64,000 nucleotides of DNA from NCBI GenBank assembly GCA_002633005.1, contig NMRA01000404.1, positions 20,384 through 84,383 on the forward strand, written 5' to 3'. Each line of letters opens with the position of its first letter. The stretch's first letter is position 1. Positions 12,371 through 27,062 of this stretch are shown piece after piece. The stretch comes from Phoronis australis (Eukaryota; Animalia; Phoronida). The position numbers were made by a program, and so were the translations under genes. Under the pieces are notes generated by a model. That model was not told where the DNA came from. It did not search any database and saw only the letters and a program-made list of their open reading frames with translations.

Positions 12371-14305
12371 GAAACGATGTTGTGTTATAGCTAAAGTGTG
12401 ATTATTTGTGTTTGATTCAAAAGAGATGACTGTTACATTGCTAATTATTGTTGTTCTATTTTTACCCAAGGTGATGCCTTACTTGCAGTAAGGATAAATA
12501 ATTTTGGGGAAGTATTACCAGCGATTTCCGTATATAAGTTCGGGAAACCAAACGTCTTATGTAAAAATACACCAAGGCCTATACTCAGCAAATTGCCGAA
12601 TACACGAACACAGTATAAATACTGTAGCTCACCCTAATTTTTGTAGTGGGAATAGCATTATTTTTAGATTTCAAGCATGCATTTTTATTCTCTTATTGTC
12701 AGAGAATTTCCAAATTTTGACTGTGTTCAGGTAGCCTTGAAAATAAAACTTGTTTTTAACATTTCTTTAAAGCACAAGTTTATTGTAACCACCAAGATTA
12801 TGAAAAAGGAAAACTCAGTGATGCACTTATCAGTGGGTGGTTTCCTCAGCTTTGACTGCATTCAGGCCAATCACATGCCATCACTGTAGGCAGAGTATTA
12901 TATGGTGATTCCAGTTCGTACACTACTGTACGAACTTCTTGTCCCTTGAGAGCTTCGTGTTTCAATTAAGAGTTGCACAAAACTGCTGTAAAGATGAAAA
13001 ACAAGTGTTCGCATTATTATAGAAAAAGATCGATGACAACAATGAATGCAACAGTGGCTGTAAGAGTGGGTGATAGCACAAGGTGTCAACTAGACATTTA
13101 ATACATTTAGTCTTGTTGAAGTGACAGTTATCTACAAACGGCAAAACATTTTGTAAGATAACGGAACCATACAACATTCCCAAAACGTTACCCAATACAG
13201 CTAGCACACCCGGGCTCGACCCCGCCCCGCATTCGACGAAACCATGACTGTAAAGCCGTAGTTAGAAGGTAACAATGAAACACTACAGGTATACAATAAG
13301 CAGACCTACAGTAATAGGATAAACGTAATGCATTAACTAAGTAAATTTACTTACTAGAGCTTTTTGCATGGCCCAGACTCTAAATTACATCATTACATGA
13401 TGAGCACCAATATTTGAATGAGTGCTACAAATGTTCGCACTTAAAACAATCAACTGTACTCTGATTGGTTATAGACTACTATGGTAACATATGCACAGCT
13501 AACATGGAATTCTCGCTAGATTATGGCCACCAAAAATTGTTCACCACACAATTTCAATTATTTTCCTCTCTAGACATTAGGACCACTGAAGGTTGGCACT
13601 GGGAGCCTTTTCTATAAATATGAAGGAATGGCAGTCAGCTGGTGAAGGATTACATTTCTTCCTTTATGACAGTCACACTGAAATGGGCAACACTAAAGTG
13701 GTATTTGTTCCTTTGTGATATACCACAATGTCATTGTGCACTATCCTGTCATAGCTTATTAGATCATATCACAGCAAACCTTGGTGAAATTCAGCCAGTT
13801 GCCCCTCTATTATTCTGAATCCAATGCACTGTGTGTGACCTATTTTCCACTTCAGCAGAAGATATCTAACTTTCTGGAAACTACTTTCCCAGGTCAAGAG
13901 GTCATTCACAACTTTTGCTATTATGGTGGAACAAGTAACTTGCATACAATAAATTGTAGAGAATATTGTGATAATTTCTGGTGAACAACCTCACCAAGAA
14001 GCATGTGCTTTTAGTCAAATTTTCTGCAAAATTCCACAAAAAGGTACACGTTTTCTAGAAATGAAAAATTATAGAATATTCTACTTAACACAAAGAATCA
14101 AATATGCTGCAGGAACATCAAGGCATAGCTAAATTTCATTTCATATATAAATTCATAACAGGTCTCAAAATCAGTTTTCATAATGTCCTTTATTTTATGC
14201 GGCTTTTCAGATGAAAACAGATTTTTCCATCAAAATCATTAATTACAGCCTCAATTTTTGACGGTATCTAATTAAAGAAATAGCCTGTTTTGTCTGGAGA
14301 ACAAT

Positions 14306-14413
14306 GTTGATAGGATAGTGTCCGCTGGTAGGATAGTGTCCGTTGGTAGGGTAGTGTCCGTTGGTAGGGTAGTGTCCGTTGGTAGGGTAGTGTCCGTTGG
14401 TAGGATAGTGTCT
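14306..14413. repeat. Minisatellite, 18-bp unit x6
   Basis: GTTGGTAGGRTAGTGTCC repeated six times. Confidence 0.95.
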
Positions 14414-15627
14414 GTTTCATTTGAGTCTAATATGCTGTTTTTGAGATACCATGTTGGCAAAATCTCTAAATTTTCATCATTCATAACCATAAAGTAAGAC
14501 TTTAACCTTTAAGCTGGAGGCAAAGGTTAATATCCAATTTAAGCACCGCATGAATAGCTAAACCATTGATGGGCAGGCATATTTAAAATGCGATATTCTG
14601 TTGCCAATCACAAAAGAAAGATGCAAGTTGGATAGTTTTAAAATATTTTATTTAAAGTTAGCCGTTTTTACAAACATGATACACTTCTTGAGCAAAAGTG
14701 AGGTCAAAGCATCCATCCTTTCCAAATCATTGTGAAGACACAAGTAATAAAAATGTAATACTGGTTAAATCCCTTCTTAATACTGACATAGACAAAAGCA
14801 GAAAAGTTAAATATTCAGACCTGTCCAAAATGACCAGGTACCGAAATGCACAATGTCACACTGCATAAAATTAAGATGCACGGTATTCCTCTCTCACGGA
14901 TCTGAAGATCCCCCATCAAGCACCAGGCACCCCACACTGTGTAATTGTGTGCTCACAAAGAGATCAGCCCCACTCCCACTCATTATTTCCAACCGTTCCT
15001 ATCTATTACCGCCCTTAATCTGATATACGTACTGTGTGACCCTCAGTCGAGAAATTTAAAATAAATTCTCTCATGCACGCTGTCTGCTTATCCCAACCCC
15101 CTGTTGCGAGGGAACCGTTGAATAAGAGCGGGACAGGTTTTCACGGACGTGCGGTCATTTTTTTCATAGGCTGAAAATTCTTCACATTAAATTTAGACCC
15201 TGTGAAAAAAACTAACCGGGGTCATTTTTCACAGGGTCATAGCTAATGCTACATCGGCTCAGTTGGGTATATTTCCATTCAGTTTCGAGTCGGAAATCCT
15301 GTATTTTGAGTTAAGGCAGAGTGGATGCGCAATTCAGTTGTACAGGTTTGATATATTGGTTACTATGCAATTTACTTTTTTGCACAATTTTCGTCACAAA
15401 ACAGAGAACTTGTAAGCAAGCAGTGCAAATCTAAAAAAATGCCAATATCAACTTCGACATAAGCACAGATTTTGCAGGGATTTGTTGAGATACAACAGAA
15501 AACATCTGATTTTGGAATACGTATTAAGAAATGAGTTTTTAAAGCAGTATACATTTCAGTAGAGAATAAATACACTATTCACTTAGATGTACTGATTTCG
15601 ATGCCCCGGCTGGCGATCAAGTTCGGG

Positions 15628-16010
15628 CAGGGCTCGACATAACGAGCTGCAGGTCGCAAATGCGACCTGAAATTTTGAAATGCGAGCTGAGATTTTTGTC
15701 AGCTCGTATGAAGTCGCAAAGTACGACCTGGAATTTCCAACATATGCAAGCTGATTTTTTGAAATTCTCGGCAGATACCTGGCAAATATAAAGCGACTTT
15801 TAAGTAATCTGACCGTTATTTGGTTGTTGCCAAATCTAAATTCAAAAGAACACTAACCGAGAACAGCCTTCCTGGTGACTTGTAAGCAAGTGAACATGGG
15901 ATATGCAGAATCGATCTTTGATGCCTTTTATTGGCTAACATTTTTGGCCACTTTTGCAAATTTCTGGATTCACCGAAAAAAGTTTCGAGCCACTGCATAA
16001 CACCTGATAA
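15628..16010 (-). mobile_element. Truncated second copy (right end) of the hAT-like element at 2121-4269
   Basis: Starts with CAGGGCTCGAC and is the reverse complement of ~3885-4269. Confidence 0.85.
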
Positions 16011-17852
16011 AATGTCATAAAACTGCAGTTTTTATACTTATTGACCAATTGGTCCATGTCTCGATGCTACAACAGTAAAAAATCAATGTTTTGAATGTGC
16101 ATGCGATTTCAAAACTTCATAGGACTGACAAGCAACTTAGTCTCTGACACATGCATTCAGTAACTAAGTATGCAACTTGATACTGGAGAAATACATGTTG
16201 GAAAAATACTCGCGACTTAAATTGTTTGTGATGTGCCATATGAGTATCAACAAAGTAGTCAAAGATAGACAAGTTACTTTAACAATTTACCTATCTATCT
16301 TTGACCAATTTGTGCAAGAAACACCTGTTGTATGTAGTCCAAATTTTGGAACTCCGCCGATTGAAAAGCGTCCTGTTGAAAAAGAATTGGCAGCATGTTG
16401 CCCTTGCCGAATGACATTGATGCGTGGGTCAATAATTTAGTGCAAATTTCACAACAAAAAAATCCTGTAACTCATGTTGTTCGCGTGCATTGTATTCTAT
16501 GATTAGTTTCGCAGGAAATGTAAAGCCTTGAAATACTTCAACTTTCCGCAAATTTCCGTTATCGGGTGATTCAAGTTCGCTCCCTTAGCATTGAATACAT
16601 CCCACTTATGGGCAAACCAGGACAGTCGTGTTCAACTTCTATTTCAGAGGTATAAAACCAAGCAGTAATTTAGCATTTAAACTTGAACAAAAGACGGGTT
16701 CTTTTGAAAAATGAATTTTCAGTTGTGTAGAACGAGAGTATGTTACCCACTATATAGAATGCGTAAGAGCCAATTTCAGACCACCATTTTTATGTATTAT
16801 GACATGAGATACTTACAGAATATGATATTCCTGGCGACGACTGCATGTATAACCATATTCACTGTGACTGGAAATTGATCCGATTTCTGCATTTGAAAAT
16901 CAGTTCGGTAAAGTAAATTGCGGATGGGTGCAAGCCTGAGCAGGCAGTGGTTACTTCATTAAAAATTGTCAAAATTTAAAGATGGGCGCTTTTAGTCGGA
17001 ACATTGCATGGGCGTTCATTCCGAAATTTTCAAAAGTAAAGGGTAGGCGCTTATTGATTACCCGGGCATGGGCACTAACCCGCGAAAATGGACTGAATTC
17101 ATGGAATCTTTTTTCTCTAGTGGAATTATTTAGCGATTTGGAATGCAAAGTTCCATATTTCAGTATTTTCGCTTTTAGTGACCAGAATTTAAGAATGCAA
17201 TCTATCAAAATTTGACAATAAACAATAAACATGGGTTGCAACAAGTTGTGTGTAATAGGGAGCTACTGTGTAACTCAGTGCAGAAAAAAGGCTGTTGCCA
17301 AATAATTATGTCAGCATTTAAGGCTCTGTCATAGGATAGATGAGACTAGCTGATGACTTTTCTGATTTCAGCAGAGATATAAAATTGTTTGAATATGTAG
17401 TTTGATAACAGAAAATGTATCATGTTACACATTTTGGTAAAATTCTCCAGTTGTGTACAGTGAAGCGTTAATTATCTTCCCTCAAGGTCGGAGCTGGCGT
17501 ACCAAATTTTTGAAATACCAAATATTGGATTTCCAAACTCAAGAATCTTGAGAAAGATGATTTTTTTATTGGAACCTATTTTACCTAATTTATTTCAGAA
17601 TTTGTTGACACAACCTGAAGTGTTCCGAAATTTTGAGAATGTTATCGGCCAAATTACCCATGTCTCAATCTTCGAAATCCTAAAGGCTTGAATTTCTATG
17701 TTCGAAATTTTGGAGATTATATCGAAGTGGATAATTTTTACCACCTTACTTTGGTCATGGAATATATTTTCAAGTGTGTGAACTTGGTCATCTTTAGATA
17801 AGGTCAGTATAACTAGTGACACCTGAAGTTGAACAGTTGCAAAATATATCTA

Positions 17853-19307
17853 CCGTATTCGCCCTAATAAGCACCCATTCCCCTATAAGCACCCCCACGT
17901 GTTTTCAGACTTCGCTAAAATAAGCGCCCAGTCTATGAACGTGTACATGCGAAAAATGCTTACGTACAGTTCTAAAATTCTACAATAACGTCTTCAGTTT
18001 ATCAATAAGTCCTGAAGAAAGTCATTGAGCAAAGAATTTGTAGACCACGAGCCTCGCCGCCATGTCGGTATTTAGCCGTGACTTCTAACTTCAAACTTCC
18101 GCCGTGCTTCAAAAAGAGCACAAAAGTTTTGCTGATCTTGCGAGGAATGTGTTCCATTATTACCTGGCCTTTCAGAACAGACGCAGCGTACTTGTCAAAG
18201 GGATTGTATTGTATCTTTCCCGTACAGATCTCTCAACAGGAAGCCAAATTTCTTTGTACACGTGAAAACCACGAATCGAAGACTAATAAAAAATTGACCT
18301 TTGTTAAAAGCACGTGGCCAGGAAGCGCGCTACATACATGTACCTGTCATCAAAGACCGTAGTCTTCGGGAACTATCTATTCGGGAAATGGGTTGCATTG
18401 CATCAGCAAGAAATGAATATTGGCACTAATTTCCGAAAGTTTCTAATACCGTAAAAAATGTTCACATTATGTTGATGAGGAATTATTTATTTAATCATAA
18501 TTGGTATTTTTAAAGTCAACATAACCCACTGATAGTGAACACTTGCACCCTTACATACCCCCTTGATTTTCCCGCAAAGTAACTGTTAGATTGTCAAGCA
18601 TCCAGTCACCCTGTGACTCACCGAGACAATTCTCGAACGTTTTTCATCAGATCAACAAGTGCTAATTACAACACGTTCTGCTTTACTGCTTGTGTGATTT
18701 TATTTAGTTGCAATGCACACCTAGATTGTTACATCGCGTTTACTCTAGCAAATGAACTCTGATGACATGCATGTGCTCGCTTACTCACATAATACGCACA
18801 CGAACTTCAAAACAAACGTCACATGACAACAATGTGTGTTCGTCCAGCGATTTTTCTTGTGTTGCCGGGTACGATCTCGTGCAGATTTGGTCTTAACGTG
18901 CAGTTAATCCCGACTCCTGGAACTTAAAAATCTTAGGAACACCATTTTGAAAACTTAAGGAGGACTTCAGGTAATTTTTGAGTCGAAATTGTATTTTTAT
19001 TTAACAATTCAAGTTGCTCTATTGACAGTCAAGCAGTGACGCATCAGTCGGAGAGTTTACACCTTGGGATTTCAGCATAATTTTCTGAAAAATGATCGTA
19101 ATTTAACTTGGTAGCAATGTACCATAACTTTGTTAAAAGTCTGTCATAGGTTACAGATATGTCACAGAGCGTAAATTTGATGAATCCTAGCTGAAGATTT
19201 AACCCGTTTTGGGTACTGGATTTTAACCAGCTAAGACTACAATAAGCACCTTCCTCCTGAAACAAATTTTTTCGAAGCGCCCTGGGTGCTTATTAGGGCA
19301 AATACAG
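17853..19307 (+). mobile_element. Complete ~1.45-kb Tc1/mariner (Tc2/pogo-like) MITE
   Basis: TA|CCGTATTCGCCCTAATAAGCACCCA … TGGGTGCTTATTAGGGCAAATACAG|TA, i.e. ~25-bp TIR and TA TSD. Subterminal ataagcgccc repeats; non-coding interior. Confidence 0.85.
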
Positions 19308-22098
19308 TATTTAAAAAAAAATAAATGCAGGTTGACACTAATTGATAGTACTGGCTCTGTGGGCCCTAGTCCAAGAAAACTGACTTAGCTAAGACAAATG
19401 TTAAATTTACGTCAAATTTAAAAAATATCTTCAGTTTGTCTTAAGTTTGTTCCAAGAAAGTGATCTGAAGTGTGACTTTTCATAGTTTGGAAGTTGACAC
19501 AAAACGTAGAGTTAAGTCTTTTTTCTGGAATGAGCCCCTGAGTTTTAAGGTACAGTCATTTGTTCTCTTGAGCATGAAATGGTTCTCATGGCTCCATAAA
19601 AAACAAATTTGTTATTATAACCACCTTACCCAATTGTCACACTGAGATCTTTACAAAATACCCAATATGGCAATTACAATAAAAGCATCAGGTTTCTTAA
19701 GGGCCGCAAACATTTTAAGATGTGCATGCGAGATATGGAAGGTATTCAATTGTGCTGATTTTTTGCTGTAGTTTGAGAATGTAAGAAAGAAGCATCTAAT
19801 ATTTTTTTGGGCAGTCACACTAACCAAAGGTAGCTGTTCCAAAAGCGAAGTTCTTGCCATTATTTCTGCAATACAGCTGTCATTTTTATGCAACCAACAT
19901 TAAACTTGTGTAAAGCGTGTAATGGTAGCTTGAGGCTATGATATTGTTTGGACACAAGTGCAGATCCCCACTGATTGTTCCTGTGAGGAAATTTTGAGGT
20001 ATGTAAGAAGATACATCTGTTCAAAGGCTACAGTGTTTACTCTAATAGTTTGTGCACTAGTGTACAAGCTATTTTTCCCTTGAGAGCTTCATGTCGTACA
20101 AACTATTAGAGAAGAAAGTCGAATGGTTGAACTTTTAGAGATAAAGATCGAAGATAGCAGAGTTCAACGATGGCCTCTGAGATGATGGTGCACAATGTGA
20201 ATTATTAGAGAAAACATATAGGATGTGTGTCATCCATTTCTTGCTATTATTTCATTACTCAAGGTATTAGAGATTTTCCGATTTGATGACTGCTGTTTTA
20301 TTGAGCGATTTCTTTATGCGCTTTTGTTGTACAAGATTTTTTTTGGTAATGTTTATGGGCGTACCTAACCTATCATATGGAGTCTTGCATTAACTGGAGC
20401 CTCAAGTAGCACAAGAATAGTGTCCAAAATTGATGTCAAAAGTGAGTTTATCCTTTAACCAAAGATTTATAAATAAAGATAATATATTAATAACCGTTGT
20501 GCAATTGTAGGAAGAGGAACCAAATAGCAAATATTTTCGTATGTCGTGATTTTGATGGAAAAGACACTCTTCTGTTTGGGAATTTATGTATATGATGGAT
20601 ATGCAGAGTAAGGCCTTGAAGCACAATGTATCATTTTACCAACTAACATGTACCTCACAATATGGTGGTTTACTCTTATAAACTGTTTGCTTCATCTAAT
20701 AGTTGAAAAATTTGTTGAACACACAACAAGGTTTACATTTAATAAGTTCAATGATAGTAGTACATAGAATGCAGCAAAAAGTTAATTTCCCTTAGACCTG
20801 TTTAGCATATTATACATTTCCTGTCAAATAGTACAATAGTTATGACTTCATTGTACCCTTAAAAGCCATTTTAATTGTTCCTCATTAGTTTTTGGACAAA
20901 GTTACCTGCTATCTGTTGATTGCATGAAATATGAACCATGACTCAATTTTGTTATCATTGTTAGTGCCAATTAAGATTGTGAATTGTTCCTCTCTCTCTA
21001 TCTTTTATGAAAGTTTTTGTATAAAGCCAAACGTACCTGGGGCATAAATTTACGTTCTATAAGCTATTACTTGAGGGTTGTTAGAGACATTTTTTTGTGT
21101 ACAGTTCTAGGACAATACATTATTTCCATCTAAAGAATATTTCTAACTATACTACATTATTGATGTCCCAATATGTGTGTAGAGACCTATGCATTATTGT
21201 TAATATTCATTTGTAGGAGAGGCAGTGAATTGTGCCCTCCAGCCATTTGTTTTGTCATGCATAATACTAGGAGTATCCCTTATTCAGATTTGAGATACTG
21301 GCTAAGGCTTGAAGAGAACTGATGGTACAATTGTTGCTCTAGACAGTGTTTATTAAGTTGCTGGTCAGGTGTGGTCTCTGCAATAAATTTAGTCACCAGC
21401 TGCCAGGGGAATTTAAACAAAGGTTAAGGAGGTTAAGAAGGATGAGGTTGGCCTAGGAATGGTAAATATGCCTGTGAAGAGAGTTGATATATTTATCAAC
21501 AACGTGGTGTACCTAGCTTTAACTCAATGCGGACTGTTTGAACATTCTTGCGTTTACTTATTCTTTTTATTTTTGATATCTAGATTGCATTATTAAAGTT
21601 GCTCTTGGTGAACTTAAAACAGTTTGTTAGGGGACAATTCCTGGCCCTAGGGACCTCTACCTCAGTGACTCCTGCCTAGGGGTGTGAAGGCTAAAGTGGC
21701 TTAGCCATTTTTGCCTATCTGGAACCTACTGAATATTATAAGTGCCATTGACATGCTCCAGTTATGCGTTTATTGTACTAGTTACTGAAATGTGTAATTA
21801 CTTTAACATTTAGCGCACATTATGGGGGGGGGGCAACTGAACTTGTAGTTTATCAAATTTCTCATCAACAAGAAATGTGGAGAAAAATCCACTTTAAAAA
21901 GTAACCAGCCTTTGAAAAATTCAACATTTGTAACTTTTTGTCCCAAATAAATTGGTGTGATTGAAACTTTGAGATGCTATGCTTTATGCACTTACTTTCC
22001 AAAACACTTTTCTGATAGAAACTGTTTTTAAAATGTTCCACTTTTGCACAAAGGGCTATTTAAAATTAATTGGATGTTTATGATTTCATGAAGATATG

Positions 22099-22283
22099 AA
22101 AAGTGTTGTATAAAATAAGTGTTGTACAAAACAAAAGTGTTGTACAATACAAAAGTGTTGTACAAAACAAAACTGTTGTACAAAACAAAACTGTTGTACA
22201 AAACAAAAGTGTTGTACAAAACAAAACTGTTGTACAAAACAAAAGTGTTGTACAAAACAAAAGTGTTGTACAAAACAAAAGTG
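22099..22283. repeat. Minisatellite, 18-bp unit x~10
   Basis: AAAA(G/C)TGTTGTACAAAAC tandem array; accounts for the ORFs called at 22028-22297. Confidence 0.95.
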
Positions 22284-22583
22284 AAATGGTAATTTAGGGA
22301 ACCCTCAGCAGCATTTTTTGAGATTTCATCTTGAAAATTTACATCAACTGAAACTAGGTCATGTTATTAAAGAGGCATGGAACGCGAAAGCTCGTCAAAA
22401 TATTTTTAAATGATTCAAAAAGAAAGCACCATCTCACAATGTGTACTACTAAGCTACAGTTATTCACTTTCCCCTGTGAGAGAATTTCCAGAAAAAATCA
22501 CTAAATTTGCAATGTTTGAAATACGCTTGAAGAAAAACACTGTTAAGTCATCACAGAGTTTTTAATTTCTCTGCCACTTGTGT

Positions 22584-22680
22584 TAAATGAGTACATGCGG
22601 TCATAGTCAGTTGATAAATGTGTACATGCGGTCACAGTCAGGTGATAAATGTGTACATGCGGTCACAGTCAGTTGATAAA
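22584..22680. repeat. Tandem repeat, 31-bp unit x3
   Basis: TAAATGTGTACATGCGGTCACAGTCAGTTGA variants at 22584, 22615 and 22646. Confidence 0.9.
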
Positions 22681-25217
22681 CAGCTGATTGACAAGATGGA
22701 GTAATGGCAGGTTATGTGTGGTTACAAGGTGAAAATAAAACGGTCCGCATCATGGTATGAAGCAAGACAATGAAATAAGCAATTTTCCAAGTGCATTTTA
22801 GAATAGATTTGAATACTACGGTACTTTTTAACTAATTTTAAACATCAAATTCTGCAGGTCTTCTACTTTTCAGAAAATAATACTTTTACAAAGATGAAAT
22901 TACTGTTTTCTAGACATTATGCTAAACACATGTTGAAAGCTCCTCTACTTAAGGTGTTGTGGCATTCTAGTTGAAAAATTTCCAAATTTGGTCATGTTTG
23001 TGGAACATGATATCTCAGAAGTTACTTGTCGTATTTTTATTAATTTTCGTGAAATCATTAAAAGTTGCATTAAACAAAAACAAAATGATAATTTAAAAAA
23101 CTGTGACAGCAGTTTTGTGACCTTACTTTGAATATTTAAAATTTGATCATGCTATTGCTAACAATTAGCTTTTTTACATAATTTTACTCTAAGAAAATGG
23201 TCATGTTGCCCAATTAACAGATTTTAATTAAAGTCAAAAATCAAGTTCTACGGAATGCCTGCTTTTAGAAAATAGATTATTTTAGTGAGTTAGAATATAT
23301 AGTTTTCTAGATAGTTTGCTAGAGGTTGTTTATAAGGTCTTACATTATAATAATGGGGAAAGTGCTTCTATGCAAGTATAAGTTACCATTCTTTAGGAAA
23401 GTTTTAATTTAAGTCTGAATTGATGTGCCATTTATCTATTTTATCTCGATAAATTTTTCAAATGCATTTTTTATGTAAAAATACTTCAAGGGCTACAAAT
23501 GTTTGCAGGTTTTGTTATTCTTGTACATTTTTGAAAACTAACTCTGTTAATATGTGAGTCTTATTCTTATTGTTATTTTATCTCTTTGTGAATGCACTGT
23601 TGAGATGGTTTAACTTTTTCGCAAAAAATCATAAAAGTTGTCTTTTGATATTCCCTCTTGCATAAGTGGAGTATTTAAAAAACAACTCCTGAAAACACAG
23701 AGCATGAATCATATCATCTGAAGGATTCATATACGTAAATCCAATCAGTTGTTTCTTAGATATGATGGTCCAGTTTGCTTATTACTCATTGAGCATTTGT
23801 CCAATTGGTCCTACATTAAAGTCTTAAAATGACTGATTGTATGCTAAATACCACAATTATAAAAAAGTTCTTGTTAGAAACACAGTGTGGGATATAGGCG
23901 TATGTGCCTAAATTCATGAATTTTTGTATTTGATAGATATGGTTTTAAGACTACCTATAAACTATTTAGTAATTTATGTGCTGAGGCAGTTGAATGTCTA
24001 CTGGTGTTGTTATTACTGTTGGTGAGCCTTTTACTCACAATTCACCTGAAGGTTTATTCAACAAGTCATCTATATTTCAACTACCTGACAAAAATTAGAA
24101 AAGCTGATATATGTAGCAGGTCTTAACTTTTTCAGTTATGTCGTGCATACCATCAGATGTAATACCTAGAGAATACTTCATAGATCGATGTTTTGAATTG
24201 TTAAGCTAGTTTTTACATTGCACTGTTTTACGCTACAGTAGGTACATAATACTTTAATGTGTGCTAAGTGAACAATAGGGTATCAATATTTATGTAGTCC
24301 CGCTTATCTTAGCATGATGAGAGTGATGACAAGCTTGATTGCCTTTCTAGTGCAGTGCTTCATGCCTGGCTGTCTTCTGTCATAATTGGCGTGCTGCTGT
24401 TGTGCAGTTCAGTTGTGTTGGAGCTAGGTGATGGGTGACCTGTCTGACCTCGGTGCTCATACAGCTCTGTAGATCAGGCTTGTCTTTACCTGAAGGATTA
24501 AGGTAAGATATTTGTCTTAAGAACAATTAGGTTTGTGTTTTTGAGTATGGATGCATTTCTTTTGCAGCTGTTGAAGGAAATGAATGGAAATAGCCGACCA
24601 CAAAGTCCAGCTGAAATTCGTTGAGAGGTGGTGAGGTTTACAATTTCATGGCTATAAAACTTGTGTATATGCTTCAAATTGTAGACACTCGTGTCTGAAA
24701 CATATCTTGAGTTCAATATACAGGTGATCATTTTCGTTCAAGTTCTACAATTTGCCAGTCAGCTATACTGTTAGTACATGGTCTGTTAACTTTAACCCTA
24801 ACCACAATTTATTTTGTCAGGAAATTTTCAGAATATATTACTCACAGTTAACAGTCAAGACTGGGTTTCAATTCAAATACTTGGTCATGTACAGTAGGCT
24901 TACTGATGAAACCGTTAATCAGCTGATCAAAAAAGTAATTGAAGCAAAACTCAATATTCGTGCCATAATAACAACAGTATCAACAACAATTGAACTGTGA
25001 CTGCACTTTGCATCTTTGCATGTGAGCACTCCACATTCCTGCCTACAACTTCTGCCTTGCCACCGTTTCTGAGTTGCGGGTGTATAAACGGCCGCTTGGC
25101 ACTGATCGTCTTGTACCTTGTCTGTTGTGCCATGTTGAAAGTTAATTTCTAAGCAGGACTTTTGTTGATTTCCTATGAATTCAATGACATTGGTTAAACC
25201 AAGTTATTACTTGCAAA

Positions 25218-26127
25218 GAGAATTTTGTTATTTGGTGGAATATTTCGCCAAGTATGTTGCGCTGACACGAAGTCGTTTTTGTTTGTTTGCACGATACAGA
25301 TCGCCATTTTTGTCGGAATGGCATGAAATTTACGCTCAACCTGTAGCTCAAGAAGAGCTGGAAGCCTATTGTTTTTCGTCATGACCGGATTCATTTTGTT
25401 TTCAAATTCAGATTCAAATGCTCATAGAGGCCACAATCTTTAACGTACACGACTGAAAATCCGAGTAGGATTACTGTACCAGACGTGTTCTACAGATTTG
25501 TCGGAAGTAATTTACTTCTAATTAAAGATGACGGAATGCCATTGCGCATGCGCACCTTGATTTTGGGACGGAAATATTTTGTCCTGTAGAGAGTGCATTG
25601 TATATTCAACCAATTTTTCTTAAGTTTCCCGTTGCTCAATAATTATTGAATGCTGCTTAACCTGAAGTTTTTAAAAATGTCGGATTTCATGCATTTTTAT
25701 CCATTTTCAATCGTGCTGGAGTGCCATTTTGAATGGAAAGAGCAAATGACATGAATTTTTGTATGTGGGTTTGTGAGATATACTCTTTCAAATGAACTCG
25801 AATATTTTTTTCTCAGACTTACTGTTTTTGAGTTTTTTGATTCATGCAAAATCTGAAAATTTTTGAAGAATTTGTGTAATTTTGTGAAACTAATCTGTTA
25901 GATAGAATTTCAAACGGACCTTCAGAGAGTGTTTTCCTTTTTTCATTTTTGAATTGTTTGGGATTTTCTGATTATGCTGTTCCTTTGTCGATTTTGCTGC
26001 ACTTTTGTTGGTTTACCTCCTTATGAACAAGACTATTTTTTGCTCATTTGTGGCATCTTCATTCATCATATGATTGTTATCATGTTCGTCATCGCCACCA
26101 CCATTGTCATCATCGTCATCATCATTA
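25218..26127 (+). mobile_element. Repeat family A, copy 2 (resumes at ~26946-27010 after a LINE insertion)
   Basis: Similar to 350-1240. The tail tcatctcc…ttttcagtcaatttcg after 26945 matches 1240-1280. Confidence 0.65.
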
Positions 26128-26897
26128 TTAGACAGCGTCTTCGTCTTCTCCAGCGTATATCAACATTTCTTCCCACAGAAGGGCGTTTGCAATTTACATT
26201 TCAGCGCTTGTATATTTCCTCTGTTCATTTATTGTAGTACCGCATGGTGTGGTCAGGATGCAATGCAAAATTGATTTCCTCTTTGTCGAAGGCTCAGACT
26301 TGTTCTAGGTGTTACTTTTGATACTCCATCAACTCATATGTTTAACAAACTGGAGTGGCTCCCTATTGACAAATATTTTATATATACTGTTTTTGTATGA
26401 TGCATAAGTGTTTTCACAACAATCTACCTACTTATTTATCTCGTAACCTTGTACTTGTTTGAAATAGCCACCAAATCAGGACAAGATTTTCTTCCTCAAA
26501 CAATTTGGTTTTACCTAAACACAGAACTTGGTTTTATTCTAAGTGCTTTATTCAGGGCATTCAACAGTGGAACAACTCGCCAAACAGTCTAAAGGAGGCT
26601 GACAGTTATGATGATGTCAGACTCAAACTCTTCAGTTACCTGTGGTCGCCACAGCTGTCCCTCCTTTTTGTCACTCCAATGTATATACCTTATAAAAGTT
26701 TTTTATTTATTTATTTATTTATTTTTAGTTCAGTCTTTAAATCCAATTTGTAAATACTGTTTAATGTAATGTAACTTAATTTAATCTATTTATCCATCTT
26801 CATTTATTTGATTTAATTTTTGCTGTAGAGGACCAAGCTGGCTTAAAGCATGTTTTATATCTAATGTATTTTATCCCCTATAAATGAAGTTTATTAC

Positions 26898-26942
<45 letters not shown>

Positions 26943-26945
26943 CAT
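26128..26945 (+). pseudogene. CR1/L2-group LINE, 3' fragment with (TTA)n tail
   Basis: Frameshifted peptides RQRLRLLQRISTFLP…IFPLFIYCSTAW…LVLGVTFDTPSTHMFNKLEWLPI…LPTYL…LVLPKHRT…GIQQWNNSP.SLK match the post-RT region of this group. Ends in (TTA)n at ~26891-26945. Confidence 0.85.
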
Positions 26946-27062
26946 CATCTTACTATTATTGTCATCGTCATCTCCATACCCATTTATCTTTTCAGTCAAT
27001 TTCGCTCTTGCAAGCGTTTTCATTGAGATATTTTCAGTATTGGCACTCTCACATTGCTTATA

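Noticed and set aside
14272-14490. ORF with (DTTLPT)n repeats, mucin-like
   Set aside because: Open mainly because the 18-bp minisatellite lacks stops in that frame. No other coding support, although an exon cannot be fully excluded.
22028-22297. Repetitive ORFs, or a CRISPR-like array
   Set aside because: Pure 18-bp tandem repeat with no spacers, in a eukaryotic context with no cas genes.
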